From Thermodesulfobacteriota bacterium (GTDB taxonomy: Bacteria > Desulfobacterota > WTBG01 > JAGOGO01), in NCBI GenBank assembly GCA_026625185.1, contig CP113000.1, positions 30,001 through 62,000 on the forward strand: a stretch of 32,000 bases of DNA. Direction: 5' to 3'. Positions 9,498 to 17,600 of this stretch are shown one piece after another; position 1 is the stretch's first letter; each line of letters begins with the position of its first letter. The notes under the pieces were generated by a model that had not been told where the DNA came from, searched no databases, and saw only the letters and a list, made by a program, of their open reading frames with translations. Position numbers and translations under genes: made by a program.

Positions 9498-9539
9498 TAA
9501 CACTTCACGCTTCACGCCTCACACTTTACGCTTCACGCT
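9498..9539. repeat. Six tandem copies of a degenerate heptamer (consensus TCACGCT on plus, AGCGTGA on minus)
   Basis: Read directly: taacact tcacgct tcacgcc tcacact ttacgct tcacgct. The array spans the stop codon (9526-9528) and the last codons of the DUF2062 gene. Confidence 0.8.
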
Positions 9540-10047
9540 TGCTTTTGAACCAATTGACTATTCTCCACCCCAGACGGGCTGCCGCATTCCCCAGCAAAGC
9601 AAAAACAATTGAGAAGAACAGGGAGCCGGTCCATAAATACAAACTTGCTTCCATGAACTTCCCGGTTCGGCTTTCGAAATTGAACAAATCCAATGCAAAT
9701 CTCCCGATAACAGAATGCTCAAAAAAATACCGGCCAATCCGGCAAGCGGATAAAAAAATCGGGATAGCCGTCAGAGGATTCATGACCCAGCTTGCAGCCA
9801 ATGCAATGGGCAGATTTACACGCAGCAGTATTGCCCCGATAGCGCCCAAAAGCATATGAAAAGGAATGGTGGGAGTGAAAGCGACAAACAGCCCAAGCGA
9901 CAGACCACCGGCCAAAGAATCTATGTCGAGCGCCCAGACGCCATGGTGAAATACTCGTTCGCCAAGAATGCGATGGACGTAGGTATCACGCAGAGCATGT
10001 TTCATGCTCTCTTGTTTTTTGTGCCATATCTCAAACCATTTCGTCAT
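9526..10047 (-). CDS. DUF2062 family membrane protein
   Basis: The ORF track gives a GTG start at 10071. The ATG at 10047 (MTKWFEIW...) has an AAGGA RBS 11 nt upstream. Hydrophobic core GLSLGLFVAFTPTIPFHMLLGAIGAILLRVNLPIALAASWVMNPLT is typical of DUF2062. Confidence 0.7.
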   Translation of the reverse strand: MTKWFEIWHKKQESMKHALRDTYVHRILGERVFHHGVWALDIDSLAGGLSLGLFVAFTPTIPFHMLLGAIGAILLRVNLPIALAASWVMNPLTAIPIFLSACRIGRYFFEHSVIGRFALDLFNFESRTGKFMEASLYLWTGSLFFSIVFALLGNAAARLGWRIVNWFKSKREA

Positions 10048-10074
10048 ACTATGTATTTCCTTAAACACCACATG

Positions 10075-10527
10075 CTAAATGGCGCGTTTAATGTTCTGAA
10101 TAATTTGTTCAAGACTCTGGAGAAACCGGGACCGATCCCGCTTTTGAAGCGGCGGCGGACCACCCTTTATTGTTCCTGCTTCACGAAGTTCGGTCAGGAG
10201 GTCTCGAGTTGCCAGCACCTGCCCGATGTTGGCGTCGGACAAGATGCGCCCGGTTGGGCCAAGAACCTGTGCACCCCTCTTGACGCACCTATATGCTAAG
10301 GGGATGTCTGTTGTTACCACAATATCATCTTTGGAAATATGCTCAACAATCCAGTTGTCAGCCGCGTCGAACTGACCTTCAACGACAACCAGTTTCGCCC
10401 CTTCTTGATCAGGAATTCGCATCAATGTATTCGAGACAAACGTCACGTTCAGTCGGTTCCGCTTCGCCACTTTGCAAACTTCCTGCTTGAACGGACAAGC
10501 GTCGGCGTCAACGTAGATTTCTAACAA
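10075..10527 (-). CDS. YaiI/YqxD family protein (UPF0178/DUF188)
   Basis: 150-aa ORF with a TTG start preceded by AGGAGAAGGA. N-terminus IYVDADACP, with the later DDIVVTTDIPLA, is the hallmark of the YaiI family. Confidence 0.8.
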   Translation of the reverse strand: MLEIYVDADACPFKQEVCKVAKRNRLNVTFVSNTLMRIPDQEGAKLVVVEGQFDAADNWIVEHISKDDIVVTTDIPLAYRCVKRGAQVLGPTGRILSDANIGQVLATRDLLTELREAGTIKGGPPPLQKRDRSRFLQSLEQIIQNIKRAI

Positions 10528-10632
10528 GCTATTATCCTTCTCCTGCTTCGCGAAGATCCGCCCGGCACGAAATGCGCCTGACAGTGTTTATAGTGGTCAA
10601 CATAAAATCCCGCTGTTAAGAATTTTATAATT

Positions 10633-11136
10633 TTATTTCTCACAGAACGCAGCCACAATCTCGCCAAAGTAAACTCTGTGGTAATCATGCGAGGCATAGT
10701 TATCCTGAATGGTCCTATCCACAAACCCCCTGGGATCCATATCCTGAAAGTACATTTTCCGGCATTCAAGTATAAGACTCGCTTCGTTGTATGATGGAGC
10801 GGACACCTTGCTGGATGCCTTCAAACTAAGCCCGGTTTTCGACAATTTGTCGCCATCCCGGCCGGAGAGCGTGCCGAGTGTCTGCAGGTCTTTGCGATAT
10901 TTTTCGGGAAAAGCGCACACGGTAAAGGAGTCAGACTTATCCATATGCTTGCGCGTGTGCCGCTGGGGTCTTACTACCACCTGCACAAAAGGCTTGTTCC
11001 ACATACATCCAATGCTGCCCCATGCCACGGTCATCATATTGCAGTCATCAAGGGTTCCTGCCGTCAGGACCAGCCACTGCTTCATCCACAACCCAACCAC
11101 ATCAACTGATAATTTTGTCACATCAACTTCAATCAT
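10633..11136 (-). CDS. Flavin reductase-like (FMN-binding split-barrel) protein
   Basis: The ORF track has a TTG start at 11151. The ATG at 11136 is preceded by GGAGGA at 7 nt. MMTVAWGSIGCMWNKPFVQVVVRPQRHT matches the flavin-reductase-like domain pattern. Confidence 0.7.
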   Translation of the reverse strand: MIEVDVTKLSVDVVGLWMKQWLVLTAGTLDDCNMMTVAWGSIGCMWNKPFVQVVVRPQRHTRKHMDKSDSFTVCAFPEKYRKDLQTLGTLSGRDGDKLSKTGLSLKASSKVSAPSYNEASLILECRKMYFQDMDPRGFVDRTIQDNYASHDYHRVYFGEIVAAFCEK

Positions 11137-11497
11137 TACATCTTCCTCCAAATTCCAATATAGTTATTGTGATCAGCATAAGACCCCTATCAAAATTTCA
11201 GCCTGAACAGATTAGGCTTACCCACTAAATAAAAAAGGCCCTTACGTTTCTGCCTGGCAATCCGGCCTTGTTTTATTCTCATTAAATTTAAAGCCCTTTC
11301 CCTTGCTTTCATCTTAAACAAAGTTCCTTATGGTTTTTCTCCCGATAATTCGGGACTTTTTTGGATTTACTCCTTACCGGGAAAAAAGTCAATCAGGATT
11401 TATCTTTTTTGGGGATTAAATTATACTTTTCAGTAAATAAAAAAACCAGAAATGGAGGGTTTTAAAAGGAAAAAGTGAGTGTTTATCCTCTGTTTAA

Positions 11498-11626
11498 AAA
11501 TTATCTAAAGAAGCATATGCCTGGGCTAAGCAGCGCAATTGCCGAAAGGCAACAGTCAGCCGGCAGTTCACAAAGAACGATGCCCGCAAGAAACTTAACA
11601 GACATTACCAGACTATCAGAAATTAA
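11498..11626 (+). mobile_element. C-terminal remnant (~42 codons) of an IS630-family transposase
   Basis: My own frame translation gives ..EAYAWAKQRNCRKATVSRQFTKNDARKKLNRHYQTIRN*. This matches the IS630-type C-terminal signature recalled as aaWeaeRN......vdWrFTteDARiKLkrLYP. An in-frame stop lies immediately upstream, and no DDE domain or start codon is present. Confidence 0.5.
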
Positions 11627-11642
11627 TGTTGCGAAACAGTAA

Positions 11643-12128
11643 GCGTTATTAAAAAAACATACACTCAACGCTCCAGCGATTACCTATGAAAAAGCACGTG
11701 GGACTGATAACTTTAAAGCCATTGTAAATAACGTCAATAGTTTCTTGGGTACTGAGGAGTCTAAAAAAGAGCCTGCTGGAAAAGAAACCTCAGCCACCTC
11801 CGGTAAAAAAATCCTGATCAAGGATTTTATTGTGAAAGAAGGAAAGGTTACTCTGGTCACCTCGTTGCTTGCCGGCAAAAGTATAAGCGCTCCGCTTCCT
11901 GATATCCATCTTACGAATTTAGGTGGTGAAGGACAGGGTGCCTCTCCCGGTCAAGTTTTTGGAGAGATTTTTAAAGCACTGCACGAAAAAATAGCTTCTT
12001 CTGCGGTGACTGATACTCTAAACCAGGGACTCAAAGAACTGGGAAAGAGCAGGGGAGGGGCAGGTGAAGGCGCGAAAAAACAGGCAGGAGCAGTAAAAGA
12101 AAAATTCAAAGGGTTATTGGGCAAATAG
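11643..12128 (+). pseudogene. 5'-truncated fragment of a larger gene (AsmA-like / DUF748-like C-terminal region), possibly still expressed from TTG at 11745
   Basis: The frame is open from 11643, directly after a stop, with no ATG; the ORF track uses TTG at 11745. KKILIKDFIVKEGKVTLVTSLLAGKSISAPLPDIHLTNLGGEGQGASPGQV resembles the extreme C-terminus of long AsmA-like proteins. It sits 17 nt downstream of the IS630 remnant. Confidence 0.4.
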
Positions 12129-12164
12129 GGTTCAGACCACGCAACGCAGGGCGCTAACACACGC

Positions 12165-12250
12165 AAAGGTTGGGATAAGGGTGCCAATTCATTACGGGGA
12201 TTTTTTTGTAACCCCCCAAAGGGACTTTCGTTACCTTTATCCCAACCTTT
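12165..12250. repeat. Inverted repeat with 18-bp arms (1 mismatch) and a 50-nt spacer
   Basis: AAAGGTTGGGATAAGGGT (12165-12182) pairs with ACCTTTATCCCAACCTTT (12233-12250). On the plus strand the second arm is followed by the T-rich ATTCTTTTTCC. Confidence 0.7.
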
Positions 12251-12431
12251 ATTCTTTTTCCTGGCACTGGTAGGAAAAAATTTATTTCCCAAAAATACTT
12301 AACATTTTTTCCGTTAGAACGGTTGAAGAAAAAGTATTGTTTGTAAGATCACTAGTCGTGTGAATATCTTTTTCTTTTCGAGGATGGCTATAGATGCTGC
12401 CCTAATACCGTGTGCACTAATGCGAGCGGTT

Positions 12432-13229
12432 TTATTTAACTGCCTTGGTAAAAGGCATACGGAAGAGGGCGAAAAAGGTTAATGCTGAGGCATGGGGGTA
12501 AGCCCCAATCCCGATTCGAATTTTTTCCTGATCCACATCTCGCAAAAACGTTTTTCCCATGCGATCCCATAGAGAAAAAATGGTGCCATAATTCGTATTG
12601 CGTTGTTTGATAATGACCGAGTGATGAATCCGGTGCATGGAGGGAGGAACAAAAAGAATCCAGAAAAGCTTTTCAAACCAAGCGGGAACTTTAACCGAAC
12701 TATGGTGAAACTGAGCGCACAAGACTATTGTACTTTCAAAAATCACAAGCCCCAATCCCGTTGGTCCCAGCAAGAAAATAAGGACTATTTTTAGAATAGC
12801 AGAAAATGTCAACTCTCCGATGTGGAAGCGGGTGGCAGTAGAAACGTCCATATTCAGGTCAGTGTGATGAACTCGATGAAATCTCCAAAAAAAAGGCATC
12901 TCATGGTTAACGCGATGCCAGAGGTAGAGAATAAAGTCAAAAACAAAAAGGGTCGCAACAAATTTTACCCACCTTGGAGATGAAAGCGTGGCGAGAAGGC
13001 CGATATTATTTTTTTGAACATATTCGAGGCTGGCAAAAATCAATGAGGCAAAACAAAGCTTAAGCACCAGGCTGTTAAAAAAAGTAATTCCAAGATTGTG
13101 CACCCATCGCCGGGATTTTGAAACTGTGATGGGGCGATACGGTATCGAAAGTTCGGCAACGAGAAAAAATACCAAGCCACCCAAAAACAAAAATAGTCGA
13201 ACGGATTCTTTATCGTGAAATGGCGTCAC
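12432..13229 (-). CDS. Fatty acid hydroxylase / sterol desaturase family membrane protein
   Basis: Histidine boxes HRVNHE, HRVHH and HRIHHS lie in a multi-TM protein. The ORF track start (13310) would overlap the upstream gene by 85 nt. I prefer GTG at 13229, which forms a GTGA stop/start overlap with the DedA gene. Confidence 0.8.
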   Translation of the reverse strand: MTPFHDKESVRLFLFLGGLVFFLVAELSIPYRPITVSKSRRWVHNLGITFFNSLVLKLCFASLIFASLEYVQKNNIGLLATLSSPRWVKFVATLFVFDFILYLWHRVNHEMPFFWRFHRVHHTDLNMDVSTATRFHIGELTFSAILKIVLIFLLGPTGLGLVIFESTIVLCAQFHHSSVKVPAWFEKLFWILFVPPSMHRIHHSVIIKQRNTNYGTIFSLWDRMGKTFLRDVDQEKIRIGIGAYPHASALTFFALFRMPFTKAVK

Positions 13230-13930
13230 TCGCCATGCCCTCCGGCAGAATATTTTTTCTTTATGGCCGTCAAGAGCCGGGGCGCAAGAATAAAAAGCCC
13301 GAGCACACAAAAGGCAAGCAGTATTCTTATGGAAAGAACATCTTTCACGGAGGTAATTTTTGTTAGTTGACTGCCGGCAAAAGAATAGACCAAAGAACCA
13401 GGGAAAATCCCCAGGGAGGTGGTCCAGATAAAAGTCTTTACCGGGATTTTGGTAAGCCCGGCAAAGAGGTTAATCAAAAAAAAAGGAAATAGGGGTATGA
13501 AACGAAGGGTGAGTAAATAATGGGGGCCATGCTGGGCTACCTCCTGGTTGAAGCGACATAGTTTTTCTTGGTATTTATTCTGAATCCAGGTGCCAGCAAG
13601 GTATCGGGAAGATAAAAACGCCACGAGCGCCCCAATGGTTGCACCAATGTTTACATACACCGCTCCCATGAACGCTCCAAACACAAAGCCGCCTCCCATG
13701 GTGAGAATGGTAGCCCCGGGCAAGGAAAGACCAGCCACCAGGATATATATCACAACAAACATTCCAACGGATAGAAGATAATTGCCAGCCGCGAAGTTTT
13801 GGAAAAAATTTTTGTGGTGTTGGAGATTTTCAAACGTTAAGGGCTCCGGTAATGTGGTAAAGCGGAGAAAAACAATGAGCGCAACAAAGGCTATTAATAG
13901 GATGATACGCTTATGCATTGACGTGCTCAC
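13226..13930 (-). CDS. DedA / TVP38-TMEM64 (SNARE-associated) family membrane protein
   Basis: 234-aa multi-TM ORF. Motifs LSLPGATILTMGGGFVFG and RFIPLFPFFLINLFAGLTKIP are typical of the family. GTG start in a GTGA overlap with the DUF2064 stop, with AAGGGA 9 nt upstream; an alternative ATG lies at 13918. Confidence 0.8.
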   Translation of the reverse strand: MSTSMHKRIILLIAFVALIVFLRFTTLPEPLTFENLQHHKNFFQNFAAGNYLLSVGMFVVIYILVAGLSLPGATILTMGGGFVFGAFMGAVYVNIGATIGALVAFLSSRYLAGTWIQNKYQEKLCRFNQEVAQHGPHYLLTLRFIPLFPFFLINLFAGLTKIPVKTFIWTTSLGIFPGSLVYSFAGSQLTKITSVKDVLSIRILLAFCVLGLFILAPRLLTAIKKKYSAGGHGE

Positions 13931-14649
13931 AATAAATTTTCCCTTACGGTAGGATTGGTTGTCAAAAATGACATGGTTTTTGAGTTTTTAAAAGGCGATT
14001 GCCTTCCGCGCTGGATAAGATTTTTTAAATCGCCTAAGCTATCGATGTCATGCCAGGGAGGCAAAATATAGGTTTTGTGTCCGGCATTTTTCAGCTTCGC
14101 TAACGATTCTTCAAAAACCTTATCAGTGCTCCATCTGATACCGGTAAAGGCTTCCGGAAAAAATGTTTCTTTTCGAAAACCAATCAGGTAATATCCTCCA
14201 TCAAAAGCTGGTCCGATCACGGAATCCATTGTGGTGATACTTGAAAAGGCCTCGGTTATGAAATAGGAAGGTAAGTCGGGACTGTCGCTCCCGATAGTAA
14301 TGACGCGGTCAAATCCTTGTGAAAAGGCATGGGTAAAACAATGCTTCATTTTCCCCCCCAGGTCGTTTCCCTGTTGAGGAAGATAAGAATGATTTTCGCC
14401 CAACCATGCTTTGCATTCTCGCGCTTTGTTTTCCTGAAAATAACAAATATAGAATGGAATGGCAAGCGGTTCGAGCATGGCAAGTAAGTCGAGGACAAAA
14501 TGCCGGTAGAGTTCAACAATGTTTATTGCCGCAAGAGAAGCAGCGAGCCGACTTTTAATTTGTCCACTTTCCGGGTATTTTACAAAAAAGAGCACACAGC
14601 GGTCATCAAAAGTGTTCGGGCGGTCCGAATGCTTGGTTGTGGTTGTCAT
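13927..14649 (-). CDS. DUF2064 family protein (TIGR04282-like 'transferase 1, rSAM/selenodomain-associated', now named arsenosugar-biosynthesis glycosyltransferase)
   Basis: The ORF track start (14739) overlaps the upstream giant gene by 61 nt. The ATG at 14649 (MTTTTKHS...) removes the overlap. CVLFFVKYPESGQIKSRLA, VITIGSDSPDL and GPAFDGGYYLIG match the DUF2064 pattern. Confidence 0.7.
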   Translation of the reverse strand: MTTTTKHSDRPNTFDDRCVLFFVKYPESGQIKSRLAASLAAINIVELYRHFVLDLLAMLEPLAIPFYICYFQENKARECKAWLGENHSYLPQQGNDLGGKMKHCFTHAFSQGFDRVITIGSDSPDLPSYFITEAFSSITTMDSVIGPAFDGGYYLIGFRKETFFPEAFTGIRWSTDKVFEESLAKLKNAGHKTYILPPWHDIDSLGDLKNLIQRGRQSPFKNSKTMSFLTTNPTVRENLL

Positions 14650-14678
14650 AAGTTTTTTAACCTTCTCAAGCCTACTTA

Positions 14679-17600
14679 TTATTCCTGTGCCCGGATTTGT
14701 CCCGCTTGGTCCCAGAGCGGGCACCCCGTTCGGATACATTCCTTATTGAGGTTGAATTGAGTGCATCTTAATTCGGTTTCTGCCGGCAAGAAATGTTTCA
14801 GATATTTCAGGGAAAGCTGCGAGGCAGTTTTTAACGCGAGCCATGATTCTCGCTGGCAACATCGGGCAGCTTTATAGCGGGCAATTCTTCCAGCAACCGA
14901 ACGGGTAATGTTCATAACGATTTGTCTTTTTTCTCCGGCATAGGGATTAGCTTTTAAAATTATTGAAAAAGCTATGCCCACGCCCATTGCCGCTCCGCAG
15001 ATACCTAAAAAAGAACAGGCCCCTCCGACAATAGTTTTTCCCTGCTCAATGGCAGTAAGGATATCCTGGCCAGTACTATTCCCTCCTAAATTTTTGTAAA
15101 CCGAAAGAATGATTGCGGGAACCAGGGAGTGATGTTCTGGTCCCTGCATGTTCAGGGAGGGATGAGTTCTGATTTTTTGTAAGAGTGCGATCATATCTCT
15201 ATGAGGTGCGTTAAGGCAGACCGACTGGATTACTTCCAGGGCATCACGGGAGTGACACTGATCACAAATAAAATGTCCGTCCACACAAATGGCATTCGAT
15301 AGGCATAAGCGACCACAATAAAAACATTCTGAGTGGTGCGAGTCCGAGAGATACTGAAGCTCCTTCCCACAAACCACACAGCCCGTTGCAGATTTGTGAG
15401 CTCCGGTTTCGGGTCTTCTGGCTTGGCTGACTTCGGGCGAAGGGGAGCAACAACAGGTGGCCTTTTGTTCGACATTAGTATTTGTTCCCTGTTGATCAAA
15501 GACAAAAAAAGATTCGTTTAAGGAAACCCTTGACGGAAAATTAAGGTGTTGTGGTTTTCCCCTCCGGATTATTTTTCCATCATCACTTATCACTGCATTA
15601 AAGGGGCCCCGATACAATATTTGTTGCGAACACGTTGGTTCCGGTTTGCAGGCGGTGTAGGTAAGCGAATAAAATTTATGATCTTCAATCTGGCGGTATA
15701 AGAAGCGTTTTTGAACAAAAATTTTTTCAAAGCTTAAATCTTCAAGCAGGGCAAACAGCTCCGATTCCTTCATGGCGCCGCCAAGACACTCCCCCCTCAG
15801 CTTTTCGTTATATTGAATTTCGAGGGGTACATTCCCTTCAGAAACAATATCGCAAATACACAACCGGCCTCCAGGCTTCAGGATTCGTTTTACCTCCCGA
15901 AAGGTCTGCCGTTTATCGGGCGATAAATTAATCACACAATTGGAGATAACCACATCAACGCTTTCCGGGGGTAGGGGAATTTCTTCAAGAAGTCCTCGGA
16001 TAAACCGAACATTATTAAATCCGAGGACGGTCGCTACTTTTTCGGCAATGTTCCGGGCTCGGTTAAGCATCACGGGCAACATATCAATGCCAATGATCAA
16101 GCCTTGGGAGCCGACTTTTTTTGCTCCCATAAAACACTCCACTCCAATGCCGCATCCTAAATCGACCATGGTTTCTCCCGGGGAGAGTGAACAATCCAAT
16201 ATTGGGCTGCCGCACCCATAACTGCAAACTCGGGCCTCTGAAGGTATATGAGAGATCTCTTCTTCAGGATAAGAGACCGGATTTACAATATCCGTATTGA
16301 GCGATTCAGTTGCGCGGGTATAAAAGGCGGTAACCCCGTCATGAAGGTTCTTTTTTGGGATAGACAGAAAACAGTTTGAATGGGTGAATGCAACGGGTGC
16401 ACTTTTTTCATCGCAGACAAGCAAACGTTCGCCCATGCGACACACCAAACCAACCTTATCATTTTGTTCATAACCTTTTGCTGCTTGAGCAAGAAGATAG
16501 AGAGCAATAAGATTATATAATTCTCCATAAGAATCAGCGCCCACAAAGGTTTTCCCAGCGATATAACTATGATCACAATCACCACCCCCGGTCAAAAACT
16601 TCAGGGGATTCCTTCCCTCTTTTTTATCCTGAATAAGGGAGCTGGTGCGCAGTTTTTTAAAGACCGGGCTTTTTTTCCAAACATTTTCTAACCCGTCAGC
16701 GATCGTTCCGGCAGCAAGCTCCCTTTCACCGATGAGCGCTGGTGATGGGTATATGGTTTCATCAGGTCCCACGGCAATGCTTTCCCAGCCGGCATTACTC
16801 AAATCAAATTTAGTCCCGGGAAGAGAAAAAATCTGAGACTTGATGCTTTCCACATTGTCAATGATTATGTTTTGGTGCCGAGCTTTTTCGTAGGCTTTCC
16901 TTAATTCGGAAAAAATTATGGAAGGAGGAACGAAGAAGTGCGGTTCCCCTTTTCCCTTTTTAAAAAACCAAAGATAATGGATATTGTTTATTTCCAGTTC
17001 TTGGGCAATAGTGACAATGGAAGCCATTTCCTGAAAATTATGCCGCGTGACCGTCATTGCTAGGGTAATGGGAAAACCAAATTTTTTCAAAAATCTCAGG
17101 GAAATCAGAAGGGCTTGAAAGGCCCCCCTTCCGCGGATGGTGTCGTGGGCTTTCTCTAATCCGTCCATGCTTATCTGGAAGTGAAGGCGGTCAGCGGGAA
17201 TTTTCTGCAACCATCCTTCAAATTTTCTCACATCCTTTCCATTTGTTAAAATAACCACACGAGTATCACCCTTTTTCAAGATGGCATCGCACGCCTCCTT
17301 TAACCCTGCATAGAGAAAAGGCTCACCTCCGGTAAAAAAGAAAACCTTGCAGCCTAAGCAATAAGCTTCGCCTATAGTGTTCATGAGTTTCCCATAATCC
17401 AGAGAAGTCTGAGTTTTCCGGTTTGATGAAAACATACAGTGCTTACAGGTCATAGTGCATTGGTCGGTAACATGAAACCAGCATTCTTTGAGGTTTTGGA
17501 GCTGGTGGTAATACCTGCGGCCGGGATATTTTGCTGGTCTACGATTATCAAAGCGGGATAATAAATTGTTGATAAGGAGCAAGGCTTGGAAAAAATCACA

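Noticed and set aside
9498-9539. Heptamer array as a CRISPR or mini-CRISPR
   Set aside because: The units are 7 nt and directly abutting, with no spacers. No cas genes are in the window.
11951-12292. 113-aa minus-strand ORF antisense to the truncated gene fragment and covering the inverted repeat
   Set aside because: Pro/Ser-rich odd composition, no RBS, and it spans an obviously structured non-coding repeat.
13230-13310. N-terminal extension of the fatty-acid hydroxylase ORF from the ATG at 13310
   Set aside because: It would overlap the DedA gene by 85 nt in another frame. The GTG at 13229 gives the same GTGA junction seen at the preceding gene pair, and the TM region starts soon after.
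14650-14739. 30-codon N-terminal extension of the DUF2064 ORF, overlapping the fusion gene by 61 nt
   Set aside because: The extension (MYPNGVPALGPSGTNPG...) is not part of the family pattern. The internal ATG at 14649 removes the overlap.
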